From the NCBI GenBank assembly GCA_000182565.2, contig KQ257462.1: DNA of 64,000 nt, one strand, 5' to 3'. The translations under genes and the position numbers were made by a program. Positions 48,684 through 60,873 of the stretch are shown here, piece after piece; the first letter of the stretch is position 1; each line of letters opens with the position of its first letter. A model generated the notes under the pieces. It did no database searches, had not been told where the DNA came from, and saw nothing but the letters and a program-made list of their open reading frames with translations. This stretch comes from Spizellomyces punctatus DAOM BR117 (Eukaryota).

Positions 48684-49866
48684 ATGCATCTCCTCTCGTC
48701 CATCGCGCCAATCTTCCTACTTGCCACATTAGCATCGGCAAAGCCGGTACCGCGATCGGACCAAGTCGTTCGGTGTACCCTCACCTCCGATGCGCAGATC
48801 GCCCACATAAAGGCATCTCACCTTGATGTCTGGTCCCACAGCCTTGGTCTCAACCACCCTGCAGACATTCGGGTTTCTGCTACCGAAAGAGCCCAACTGG
48901 AGGCCACAGGGGCAAAATGTGATGTCTTTATCGACGATCTTGCTCCTCTTCTTGAAGCAGAACAGCAACCTCATCTGGCAATTCGACAAGGACCAAGTGC
49001 GCTGGCCGCTGACCCGTACTTCTCAAGCTATAAGCCTTACTCTCAGATCGTCGACAAAGTCAAAGCATGGGCGCAAGCTTATCCTGACCGCGTCAAGTAC
49101 TTGGGCAGCATCGGCGCGTCAACAGAGGGTAGAGAAATTCCCGCGTTCAAGATTACGAATAACAAGATTCCAAGTTCTTCCAAAAAGAGCATCTACTTCA
49201 ACGGAGGAATCCACGCCCGCGAATGGATTTCCTCCGCGACGGTGATGTACGTTGCCAATGCGCTCATCACATCCACTGACCCCCAGCTCTCCGACTTCCT
49301 CGACAAGGTCGAGTTTTACATCACCCCGATATCTAACCCAGACGGATACGAATATAGCCGTACGCAGGACAGGTATTGGCGGAAGAACAGAGGCAGCAAC
49401 TCGAACTCAAACTGCGTAGGTGTGGATCTCAATCGTAACTGGGACGAACATTTCGGAGTTGTGGGCGTAGATTCCAACCCATGTTCCGAAACTTACAATG
49501 GTCCATCTGCGTTCTCGGAACCGGAAACCAAAGCTCTCTCCAAATTTATCCTCTCACTTCCCAACCGTATCGCTGGAATTGACTGGCATTCATATGGCCA
49601 GTACATCCTCCGTCCATGGGGATGGACAACAACAAAGAGCAAGAATGAAGCCCTCTACAAGGCCCTCGGTGATGGTGTTCGTGACGCTATCGCAACGTTC
49701 AACGGAAACCGATATAGCTCAATCACCGGAGCAGAACTGTATCCTGCTTCAGGGGCCACGGATGACTGGATGACCGCCAAAGCTAAAATGACCGGTTTTA
49801 CGATCGAGTTGAGAGACACGGGTCGGTATGGCTTTCTCCTGCCAGCCAGCCAGATTGTCCAACCGA
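48684..49866 (+). CDS. Secreted zinc metallocarboxypeptidase (M14A), 3' end lost in an assembly gap
   Basis: Signal peptide and prodomain, then GGIHAREW (HxxE), WRKNR, GVDLNRNW, DWHSYGQ, LYPASG and TIELR. No introns in the visible part. Confidence 0.95.
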
Positions 49867-49966
49867 NNNNNNNNNNNNNNNNNNNNNNNNNNNNNNNNNN
49901 NNNNNNNNNNNNNNNNNNNNNNNNNNNNNNNNNNNNNNNNNNNNNNNNNNNNNNNNNNNNNNNNNN
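49867..49966. other. Assembly gap (100 N)
   Basis: Run of N; 100 is a common placeholder for a gap of unknown size. Confidence 0.99.
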
Positions 49967-50029
49967 GCAGTCAAGATTTGTGACTATGTATGAAGACGAG
50001 CATCCCTCCTGCCGTTTGAGATAGACTCT

Positions 50030-50302
50030 ATTAGTACATGTATATCCCTCATAATGCTGTGAGACTTGGTATTTTTTTTATAATACGTAGTATTGCTGAC
50101 AATGTCAATACATTACATGGCATTTCTTTGACGATCCAGTGAGACCTGTTAGATAAATTCTTCCCATCCAGTACTTGTATATCATCATAAGGCTTGATCT
50201 TCTTCAGTAAAAAGTACTATATCCATCACAGTGCTTTGAACTCCTTTGTATCAAGTACTATTGCCGGCAATGGCAATATCTGGCATTTCATTGACGATCC
50301 AG
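50030..50302. repeat. Degenerate direct duplication (two imperfect copies) next to the gap
   Basis: ggcatttc(t/a)ttgacgatccag at about 50119 and 50282; agtacatgtatatc vs agtacttgtatatc; gtagtattgctgacaatg vs gtactattgccggcaatg. Confidence 0.55.
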
Positions 50303-50394
50303 CGTCTAATAGATTAAATTGAAAGGACATAACCCACAGTCTCCCCTCATCATCCTTAGTATACTACAAAGTCAAAGGCAGCTTGCTAGGAGCA

Positions 50395-51525
50395 CTACAT
50401 CCCATCATACCACCATTCCTGACGTATCCCAGCTCCAACGCACGACGCACATGTACAGCCACACACTGGGGTGATCAGATTTGCATATGTCAGTGTCGGT
50501 GCAGGTGGAATGTTGATTGGTGTAAATGGCGTTCGAGCAGCCAGCGGTGTTCGCATCGCTACAGGCGTCAAATGCGCTGAGCGCGGCCGTCTTGAGGGAG
50601 TATTCAAGGATGTGGAGTAGGAGAACGATCCACTTGCTGCCGCTGTTGGACCTGGAATGTGGAGGCGAGGAGGTCTTGGATGGCGACGGCTGTTCAAGTC
50701 GTGACTTTCCGTGGATATACAATACTGTTGCGTTTGTGGTTGTGATTGTGGTGGTGGCATGGGATTTATCCATCTTTCATATAATTTCTTCTGCTCGTCT
50801 GCCTCCCAATCCACCATTCGCCCAGCAAATTGAACGACTCTGCCGACCCTCCCGCTCAGAAGCCCGCGAGCGCTCAACTCGCCTAATCTCATCACCCACG
50901 CCCAATATTCATCTCCGGAAACAAAAAGTTCCCATTCGACCGCTTCAGCAAATCTCCATTCAATCCCATTCAGCTCTTTCACTGGCATGCTCAACACTGA
51001 TGACCACGACTTTGTTGACAAGACATTATCGTGTAAGAGTTTGTTAGCAAGGAGTGCGGCACCTATGATCGCTGTTGGAAGCGTCCATGTGACTGGCTCT
51101 GGGTGCGCTGTGGTGTAAGTAGGTGGTGACGGCGATCCCAAGGTAGGAAGAGGTGGTAAAACTCGTTTCTTTAGGCGACGAAGAAATCGGAGCATAATGA
51201 ATACTTCTGGCCCTGTTATCCCCGCTCGAGCAATAATGGTAAAGCAGAGGTGATAGAGAATTTCCCATGTTGATGGTGGTGCATACGGACTGTAGCCAGT
51301 CGATGGGCTGAGACCGTAAGTCTTGCCAACCCAGATATTCGAATCACTCCCCCAGAGTGGTGTTACTGGTACGGGCTGGATAACTGGGAACTCTGGCGAT
51401 TTCCATATATATTCCGCCAACTCAACAGTAATCGCCGCCAATTCCTGGATATCTACGGGGAGAAGGGTGGGGACAACAGGTGTCGATGGTGGAAAGAAGC
51501 GAATGCACTGTATTGGCATGGACAT
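50395..51525 (-). CDS. Pho80/Pcl-family cyclin (Clg1/Pcl5-like), intronless
   Basis: Cyclin box AALLANKLLHDNVLSTKSWSSVLSMPVKELNGIEWRFAEAVEWELFVS followed by a Pro/Ser/Thr-rich tail. Confidence 0.85.
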   Translation of the reverse strand: MSMPIQCIRFFPPSTPVVPTLLPVDIQELAAITVELAEYIWKSPEFPVIQPVPVTPLWGSDSNIWVGKTYGLSPSTGYSPYAPPSTWEILYHLCFTIIARAGITGPEVFIMLRFLRRLKKRVLPPLPTLGSPSPPTYTTAHPEPVTWTLPTAIIGAALLANKLLHDNVLSTKSWSSVLSMPVKELNGIEWRFAEAVEWELFVSGDEYWAWVMRLGELSARGLLSGRVGRVVQFAGRMVDWEADEQKKLYERWINPMPPPQSQPQTQQYCISTESHDLNSRRHPRPPRLHIPGPTAAASGSFSYSTSLNTPSRRPRSAHLTPVAMRTPLAARTPFTPINIPPAPTLTYANLITPVCGCTCASCVGAGIRQEWWYDGM

Positions 51526-52423
51526 TGCGGCACGCTGCGTCTATCCGGGAAGAACCTCTCGTACAAAATATATGTCTAGGTTGGGAAGATGCAAAGAAAG
51601 CGGACATGGTACCCAACAAACGGAAAGCCCCACCGTTGCAATTCAAATGGACGAAAAGAGCACAGAACGCCCAAAGAATACATACACAAATCGGAGCGAA
51701 TCGCAGTTACTGAAGCCCCCATACAGAGAATACAATCTTCGAAAAAAAACTGCCGGAAAATCATAAGTGTATCGGAAAGAGTTCCTAAAATAAACCTCAA
51801 CCCCGCAAGTGTCCAATGAGGAAATGCTCCAGGCGCTTAATCTTGGAATGGAACCTGGCCCCTATTTGCAAACCATCCTAAGTTGTGTGGCCCGGTTGCA
51901 AACCTTGTCCAGTAAATAGTGTCTTTGACATCATCAAATATTGTCAGTCGTATGTCTTTTGTTTTCGCCTGTGTCGTGACTGGATTGTTGTGTGGTCGCT
52001 GCTCAAAGAATCCCTTCTTCATCTGGTTTCTAGATTGTCGGTGCATGAACCAACCCATTGGGAAGGGTGCAATCTTTCGTAACGCCGTTAGGTGAACGTG
52101 TGATCAGCCCTTGCAAAACCAATTTATAAATAGATGCACTCGAAATGCTATTGTTCAGGTAACGCATTCTCGACATGAAACTGGGATATGAATCTTGCAA
52201 TCTGTTTTGAGGCAATGAAAATACTTTTGGGTGACATATATCCTCATTTCATTGGCTTGTGCGCCGTCTAACGATCGGCTTACGATCAGCACATGACTGT
52301 TTTAACAGGTTGCAAAATAAAATCACGACGTCGTTGTTACAGAATAAAGTAGAGTTTCATAGCGCACGCACTAAAATAAAGCTAAATGCCGTGCACGCTA
52401 TGGTTCCTATTTGACCCACACTA

Positions 52424-53960
52424 TCATCTTGCTGTTGAATTCGTCTGTGTCACCACCTGGGCGGCACTCCATTTTTCTTCACACCACGGCATTCCCGGTA
52501 TACAATTCAAATACTTACACCAAGTACATCCAGGTCCACTGCCATAAAACCCTCGAATCAGGAAAACCATTATCAACACCAAGGCAGGCAAGGCGATGAT
52601 CATCAGTATTCGCTTTCTCCACTTGTCCCATTTACCGAAATGGATCGTTGGCATGAAGAGAAGCCCTGCTACAATGCCAGTGTAGAAACCGCCTATGTGG
52701 GCAAAGTTGTCGATGAAGGGAAGCATTCCAATTAGGAGAGAGATCACGATTTGGATCAGCATTTTGAAAAGTTCGAGCCAGGGTCGCGAAATGAGACGCC
52801 AATTTTGGAACAAGTCCAGGAGTAGGCACGCCATAAGACCTATAAGAAACAAAATGGCATTTTGAGTGATGCTTGCAGCTATTCATTCAAGTCGAGGTCA
52901 CACTAACCATATAATGCCCCAGAACATCCAACGCTAGGAGTCAAGGGATTGAAGTTGGCTCCAAACACAAATCCTGCAATTCCACTCGCAAGGTAAATAG
53001 CGGCAATCCGCCACCACCCAAAGTCCTTTTCCATTTGGAAACCCGTGCGGACTTGAAAACTCATGTTGAAGGCCAAGTGCAGCACACCACCGTGCAAACC
53101 GATGGCCGTAATAAATCGGTACCATTGGTTGGGAACTTCTCCATTCAAACCCGTAAAGCCGCATATATCGGCGAGCGTGCATATTGTTCCCCCCTCTTGG
53201 GACCCTTGAATGCCTATTGGACACTCAATTCGCGTGACATTCTCGAGACCTGTGCCTGTTCGCATGCAAGGAACAAAGCGCGCTCCCATTGATATGAGAA
53301 CCTGTTGAGAAGGTGAATAATAAATTAGATCTGCATATCGAAACAATATGAACATTGCAATGTACTTGCCCCAGACGTAGGTCCAATCATGTAGTTGAAC
53401 GGATTTGTTTGAATGATACTCCCAGTGTTCTTTTGGTTGATGACAAAACTAGCAATCAACGTTCCGACCTGCAACAGCGTCATAAGACCCAGAAACCATG
53501 GTCGATGCGGTTTCAGCTTTGCTAGCTGTATTCGAACTTTGGGATTATGCAGCGCAGCCGGAAGTTTCTCGACTGCCTCCGCTTCCTCCGCTGCCATGCG
53601 TGTGTAGTATGACATATCAGGAGCCTTTTCGCGGAACCCCTCTGAACCGGCAGTACCACCTTCTTCTATGACCGTTGCATAGTCGACGCTGGGCTTATGT
53701 GATGGGGATACTATCAGGGGTGACGTCGGGGAATGTGGTTGTGAGCTGTTGCGCTTGCTGCTGGTGGAGGTGCCTTTCTTTTCATCTGGACTACGGCGGA
53801 GATCCTCGCGGGACAGAGGGTCGGAGTAGAAGACATAGTTGCGAAGATCTGAGTCGGAAGAGGAGTCGTGTGCGTCGCCTTCATAAATTGACGGGTACCA
53901 TGCAGAGGTAGGGTATGGTGAGACTTGGGTTTTGTGGGTTAATGCACTGTATGGCATCAT
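52424..53960 (-). CDS. Rhomboid-family intramembrane serine protease (secretase type)
   Basis: NQWYRFITAIGLHGGVLHLAFN, SVGCSGALYG (catalytic GxS), IDNFAHIGGF (catalytic His). Introns at 53302-53369 (GC-AG) and 52840-52907. The start is uncertain, with possible extra 5' exons up to the ATG at 54090. Confidence 0.92.
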
Positions 53961-56397
53961 TTGGCATCATGCAACGATGTACTCTTTGCCGCAATAAACA
54001 ACACCTCATTGAGGCTGCCCTCCTCAAATGCCTAACCGCATACAGCCCATACCACCTCGCGAGTTTGACATTGATGCTTACCTTTGCCATTCTTTTTGCT
54101 TTTTCCCATTATGTATGGTGGCGACCGCGAAATGTACGGAGTGGAGGGAAAAGGGTATTCAGGCGCGTCACCAGCGGTTGTTGGAAGGTTTGAGACAAGA
54201 GCAAGACGGCACGAGCGTTGATGTGGCCAGGTAGGAAAGGTTTAAGCAAGGGAATTGGCGTAGGCGAAAACGGACAAGAAAGCAAGGATAGGTTCCCAAT
54301 GGTCAGTGCAAGGGTTTCTTAGATGGCAATCCCAAGGCCTCCCAGTTATATGCGCTGCTTCTGCGCATCCAACAAAGCACAAGAGCTATGGTTATCCACG
54401 TCTCTTCCCGTCTTGGCCAAAAGACACAGAAGGAAACAAACAGTAGAGACCTATCGAACTATTTATAGAATGATCCCGTAATCCAGTTTCTTTGATCCCC
54501 TTTTACCACACGCTTTTGAACCCGAAGCGCAGGGATGCGCTGCCCGCCAAGCTCAAACTACATTTGCCAAGAGGCCATAACAAAAAACAGCACGAAACAT
54601 ACCCAGAAGCATCTCTTTCATATTCATGCGTGTTTCCGGGTGCGGTATGGATTGTGTCTTGCTGCGATTGCTCCGTCGTCGCCAACCACCATGCCCTTAG
54701 CTCTTCATCCCCCAGAGGGGAACGTGGCTCCTGTCGCTGTCCTTGCTGCTCATATTGTTGTTTTACTTCCGACATTGTATAGCGGACAGCGTGGGCAGTG
54801 TTGGGGAGACGTTAGGGATGACCAGCAGCCCTCGCAATTGTCTATAGCTATGGGACAAGGTGATTTCTTTTTGAAGGTCTATTCCTTTCTAGCCTTGTTC
54901 ACTGTTCATGAGGTTGGAATGTGTGTTCTTTGGGGAGAATAATCCTGTTCACTTTTGCCTTGGCGTGGGCATTTCTCCCCCAGCCCTTTTAAAGTGGTTT
55001 CATCGCAAGCGGAAACCTTCTTCAGTTGAATTAAACTGCTGTCCGCGTGCCTTTGCCGAGTTTCACGATGGGGTTCGATACTCGCTGCTCGCATTCTCAT
55101 TGGTGTTTTTGTTTTTTATGCTTAAACTCCCCAAATGGGAGACTTGGAGGCAACGCAAAGATATAAACAATGAGCCTATTTAATGCCAACAAGATACAGA
55201 CTAGAATCATTCGAGACAAATGAAACAATGTCAATTCCATACATGATTATTTCTACTCTTAAAAGTCATATCTAGAGGCATGATGCTGCGATGGGTATAG
55301 AAAGCTACGGCAAACACTTGAAAAAAAGGTTGAACGCAGTTGGCTCTGCCTAAATCACGTCCCCAATCATGGTATTGTGGGCTGGCGACTCTGTATAAGC
55401 CTACCAATGTTCGCTTTACATCTGACGGGTGGTTTGGATAAGTCGTTTTCTGAGGTTGCTGAGCCAGACTGGAAGGGCATTTCACTTTCGTGAAGACTTT
55501 AGATTAAAAGACACAGTCTTGGAGACGAGATCTCTATTTTCGTCCGTCTTGGGTGCATTCTCGCAAGGCTGTACTGGGGAAGCGATCGATGGTCGTCGGA
55601 GAGCAGATTTGACTGGCCGGGCGATTGGATGCTCTCGTGTGGATTTCGAGCTTGCCTCTGCGACGGCGACTCTATGCTGACGGTTTACATTCAAGGTCTG
55701 GAATAGCTTTGAAAGGTCAGTCGCTTGATCATCGTCTTTGGACGAACGAAGGTAGAATCCAAAGCGCATTCCGCTAATTGGGAAGGAAGACAAGCAGGCC
55801 ACATCTAAAGGCCCATAACATATATTGCATAAATGAAAATTCCTTGGCACCATGGTCGTAGTCTTAAAATAGATACTATGAGGGCGTTGAATTCATTGTT
55901 TTGCCAGGCATCTGTACACATTGTTTAATAAAAGATTTTATTATGGGGCATACCCTCAGCACAGATGCCCCGCCGGTCGGTAGAATCCATTTGTGCTAGA
56001 TTCACGATTTTATCCGACCTCTATCAGACAACTGTTCTGCCCATTGAACGATGAAAGAGCCCGAACAGGGATCCGGGTGCACATCGTCATGAAAACTATG
56101 TACGGAAGTGCTGATGATAATCCAAATGGATCGTCTTCCATCAATTAATGTTCAACAATAATTAATGTGTTGTGACATTTGTTATTGCCAGTACCTACTT
56201 TATTTCTGGCAAGTGGCTGTGGAGTACATTAATGACAGGTGGCTGGTATATTCATTACGGGCGGGGACGAGTCTGTGGTGGGAAACCCCGCTACTGGCAT
56301 CTTGGCAGGCGACGAATGGTCCGTACCCGCACATACATACCCTTTATTGGACATCCCTACCATCACAATTATCATTGTACTTGAGTCAAGTGAAATA

Positions 56398-58990
56398 ATG
56401 TCTGCCATCACTTGGTCCGCGAAGCGCACGCCCATTACGTACCGTGCTCACACGGCTGGCAAGTCAAAGTTTAGGCAACGGCTGGAGAACGAAATGCGGC
56501 GCCTGAAAGGCGGTCTGCAGCTAGAGCCCCCAGTTGTTTATACATCTGCACATGAGCAAAAGCCGTATCAGCTCAGAAAGGAGCCTGAGAACGCGAGGAG
56601 CCGCAGACACAGTCCTGAATATGAGGGAGGATCGATACGAGGATCCATGCCAAGTAAATGGTACGCAGTCTGGTTGACAGCGGAGTAGCATCTGAATGAA
56701 ATTGAATTCTCTTTCTGTCCTAAAATAGCTCCCACGATGGAAAGCCCAAAGCGCACCACACTGTGGACTCCAGCGTATCCGTTGTAGTCACGCACTTTGG
56801 ACCACAAGATGTCGTGTTATCCAAAAATGACACTTTTCAAGCTCCTAGAAAGAGACGGTTGCGGCGAAGAAAAGATCGAAAACCCAGCCCGAAAACAGAC
56901 GATGACGATTCGGGAGCAATGGATCGCCATCTTTCAGTGGATGCTCGTGGAATGAAAACCACAACAGTGTTTGAGTTTCTTGGAAGCGCATTTGGAAGTC
57001 CCAACCAAAAGCGCCGTGCAAACAAGACGAAAGTTGCACCCACTCCACCGAGACGCTACAAAAGAATGAGCGATGAAGCATATGTGGACGAGCTGAACCC
57101 TCTAGTTACCAAAGTCGATTCACGGAAGCGACTCAAATTTGTGAAGAGTGATGGCGACGATGAAGGAGATAGTGTATCCCCATGTCGCATGTATATCCGC
57201 GAAGGGCGTAGCCCAAACAAGATCGTCTATAAAGCACACAAGAGTAAGACCACCACGGAGATGGGGTTGACAACTAAGATGGAATCATTGGCTGGTACAA
57301 CGAGAAATTTTAGTTCACTTGCCAACTCTGCAACTGCTTGCCAAAGATTGCAGACAAGAGAAGCCGCACTGACTGATGTTGCTCAGGATTCGGATATCCT
57401 ACAACGTTCGTCTTTCGGTAAGCTACCATCAATATGCTTTACGTTTTGGGCTTTGCACAGATTTATAACCAGTGTAAAGCAGACAAGATTGAAATCAACG
57501 ACCGTTCCACGAATGGTCTAATTCTACAAGATGAAAGCGTGGTGATTGGGAGCGACATTAAACCTAGCATGCAGGACCGCGCAGTTCAGGATCGTACTGC
57601 AACATCAAGCCATTCATCTCCGCCACGAAAGAAAAAGGTTCTCAATTTTACTGCGTCCACAATTCTAAGGTCATTGGAACATGAACCGGACAGAGGTCCG
57701 GCAAATATATCTTCATCCGACACTCATCGGATTAGCCGAATGAAGAAAATGACCGATTCGTGCCCTTCAAAAGGAAATTATGACATTGGAAATGTGCGAC
57801 GAAACAGAAGCGGTATCAGCGCTTCTGATAGGCAGAGCGTAGGTATCAGCCTTTTGGGAGTCGAAAATCTATCATATATACTCACCAAGTCCTACTTCTT
57901 TTTTGCAGCAGCAGACTACTGCCGAAAATAACCTGGAAAAACCTGAAGATTCTGTCACTTTCTTCTCTTCAGCGGAACTAACGGATCTATCACAACTCCC
58001 ATGCACCTCTGTGACATCAGGAGAAGACGAAGATTCCCCGGTGAACCTTGACTCGCTGTGGCAACAACATGATGACCACGATGCTGATCGCGTCCCACGT
58101 TCACGCATCCGTGAATCGAGACGAAAAGCAGAATGGATGGAAACCATTTCCTCTGGCGGCGAAAGCGCGTCTAATGGTTCTGACAGATGTATTCAGGCGG
58201 ACGCTGAGCATGCTAGGGAACTTCTTCCGGGAGATTGTCGCGAAAATAGGGTGCCAAGTCCAATCATGGAAAGAGGATCGTACCCGTCACCCCCTCCAGC
58301 GCAGAACCAATTGGCCACTTTTCGCGACTCGGACGTCATGGAAGACATAGGGTCTGTAACCAAATTAATGGACAGTCAAGTAGTCCCATTAAGTACACAA
58401 AAACAAAATCCGTGGGTCACGCCAAAGAGGACAGGTGTGTCACTTGAAGACAAAGACCCGAAGACACCGCGTCCCCTCCTCGACATCATTCAGAATCAGA
58501 AGCCCACCTGGGATCGAGCAATTAGTACCGCGACACGAAAAAAGCGCCAGCTGGTAATCACCGAATCTCCTGTCCCCCACCCTAGTCCTTGCAAGCGGAC
58601 CCCTTCTGCTTGGGATGATGACGACGTTTGGAACTTTGGTTATAGTACGGACGCTGAGGGACGCAAATCGAAGACACGTGTCGAGAGCAACATCCCTGGG
58701 GAAGGAATGCAATCACTGAAAATCCCCATAGAACGAGAAAATCTCACTTTAGAGTATCATCCCGTTTCCCTGAGGCCATTGGAAGGAGAACGGCTCATCA
58801 ATAAAAACAATGGATATCATGTTTTGGGATTTTCCGATGATGGAGTCCCACTCCGTCGGTAAGTCAAAGTGGAAATTAATTGTTTCTGAGTACGGGTGTC
58901 GTATACTAAGGCGCTAATGTCTCTTACAGGACTCTGCATGCAGTGAAGACGGACCGTGCACTAGACGACTTATTTGATCGGGTTTGGTGA
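56398..58990 (+). CDS. Hypothetical low-complexity, basic/Ser-rich protein (multi-exon, possibly nuclear)
   Basis: Successive long ORFs separated by GT-AG intron-like gaps; NLS-like RKRRLRRRK and PRKKK; a last exon ending ..DDLFDRVW* at 58990. No recognised domain. Confidence 0.6.
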
Positions 58991-59181
58991 TCTTTAGTAG
59001 CTTCCTACTGCATCAGAATCCACCTGCAAACTAAATATCTCCTGATACAATTTGTTGACCTATTACTAAATTTGCATTTTGTATGTACTGCTGCACTATC
59101 TTTCCAATGGACATTTTTGTTTTTTCGCATTGAATACATTTCAAGTGTACACACTTTTGAGACAAAAGAGCATTTTCTACA

Positions 59182-59553
59182 TCACTCAATCCAACCTCGT
59201 TTCACATCCTCCTCCCATCCTACATTAGGATCTTTGTTGTCTGATTTGTTGTCAAACTTGGACTCCCCTCGAATACAGCTCGCCTTATCTGCTGTGCTCA
59301 ACCCAGGATCGTCGCCGTTCCCGTTTTGCTCTCCCGCAGCAGGTTGATCGCCCTCATTCGCCAACGTAACTGCATCATCAGCTGGATCCATACCCTTGCC
59401 CGTAGGTGGTATACTGCTCACTTTTCCAGGCTCCGGGTCAGAGTTGTGGCGAGGTGTGTTGAAGTGGGTGGCGGGTGGGGTCCTCGAAGGAACTGTGACA
59501 TGTCGTATGAGCTGGAATGGCCGACATAGCCGAATGAATGTGGTATTGCGCAT
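59182..59553 (-). CDS. Small hypothetical protein with a mitochondrial-presequence-like N-terminus
   Basis: 123-aa ATG ORF with an Arg/hydroxyl-rich, acid-free N-terminus followed by an acidic hydrophilic body. Confidence 0.4.
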   Translation of the reverse strand: MRNTTFIRLCRPFQLIRHVTVPSRTPPATHFNTPRHNSDPEPGKVSSIPPTGKGMDPADDAVTLANEGDQPAAGEQNGNGDDPGLSTADKASCIRGESKFDNKSDNKDPNVGWEEDVKRGWIE

Positions 59554-59925
59554 CTGTCCTAAAGTGTATCAAAAATATACGACTGTATGGAGAGTGTAGT
59601 ATCTGGTCAAAGGAGAGGGTAACGCGCGAGTTCGTTATTTAGTGGTGATCGAGTACCATTACATCATCCAAGGCCAAGCCACACGATTTACATCCGATGT
59701 TGTCTGAGCAGATTTCCATTCAGGCATTGCTGTATGCACTCCCAACTGTCATTCCCAACAAAGAAAATCGAACTGCTGCATTGCTCTTATGTTATAACCA
59801 AGCAAAACTATGTTATTTTCAAAATGATTTACGGTAGAACATGCATATCCTCCGCTACTATCTTATCCAGACATTTGTTACAACGGTAGCAATAGCCATG
59901 TACCCAGAGATTCGACATGATCTTT

Positions 59926-60388
59926 TTACAATGATTTGTAACGTCGGGAAGGTTCATCCTCTGCTTCCCCCCTGCTGTGACTTTGTGCAGCGTGGTGCGT
60001 TCCGCCTGCTTCCTCACCGCTATGCTTCATTCTTTCTTCCTGTCTGTGCTTGCCAATTTCAGCTTCTTTGTACGGATCGATTTTTTCGCCAGTGCGTTTT
60101 TCATGAATCTGTGGAAGAGATGTCGAATTATTGATGCGAGGATTGGTGGAAAGCAGCCAAGTAATGAATATGCCTCACCTCTGCGAGCTTGAAAGCCGCG
60201 TGAAGGCGTCCAGCATCAGTGTTTGCGGGATTATGAGCTGAGGCCTGTGCACATAAGGACGACATTAATCGTAAGGAAAGCTTGTACAGACCACAGCCAT
60301 ATATCAGAAATACCAAATAAGACCGCTCCTTGCGGCCCTCCTCATCACTGGCATCAACATGCGGGACTTGACTTTCTTCCCTATCCAT
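59926..60388 (-). CDS. Small hydrophilic protein (107 aa), conidiation/spore-protein (Con-6)-like, 3 exons
   Basis: Exons 60388-60314, 60244-60179 and 60108-59926 with phase-0 GT-AG introns give MDREES..KERSYL-ASAHNPANTDAGRLHAAFKLAE-IHEKRTGEKIDPYKEAEIG.. Confidence 0.7.
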
Positions 60389-60873
60389 TTTGCTCACGAA
60401 AAAGTGCGATTTGTCTTTGCTTTCAGTATCTGAAGTTGGTTCACGCAGGAGATGTGATACAGAGCAACTTCTACTTATAGATTGTTTCTTTCTCCCTTGG
60501 ATTCGCTGTACAAAGGTCGAGTCATGCCGTTGCGTGATGGGGGGCTTGCCAACCTTCAATCATCACACATAACATTGGCCACGTCACATACCTAACCCAA
60601 ACACATTGGGTCTGCCGAGAACACTTTACCAGATTGCGAGAGTTCTTTTACGTAAAACTATAATGAAAGCAACAGGATGCTTGATAGGATGATACCTGCC
60701 GGAAATGCTGACTAAAAAATTGCGAAAATGAAAAGCCTTTGCATCAAGGATGTAACGCAGCTGAAAGCTATTGGGTGCCGGTGCTGCTTTTGCAGATCAT
60801 ATTTTGGCCGTCTCCAAAACCAAGTTCCGAAAGTCTATCTATCTATCTATCTAAACTGACCTGTTTGTCAGTT

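Noticed and set aside
49967-50024. C-terminal extension of the carboxypeptidase ORF (QSRFVTMYED..)
   Set aside because: Artefact of translating across an N gap of unknown length.
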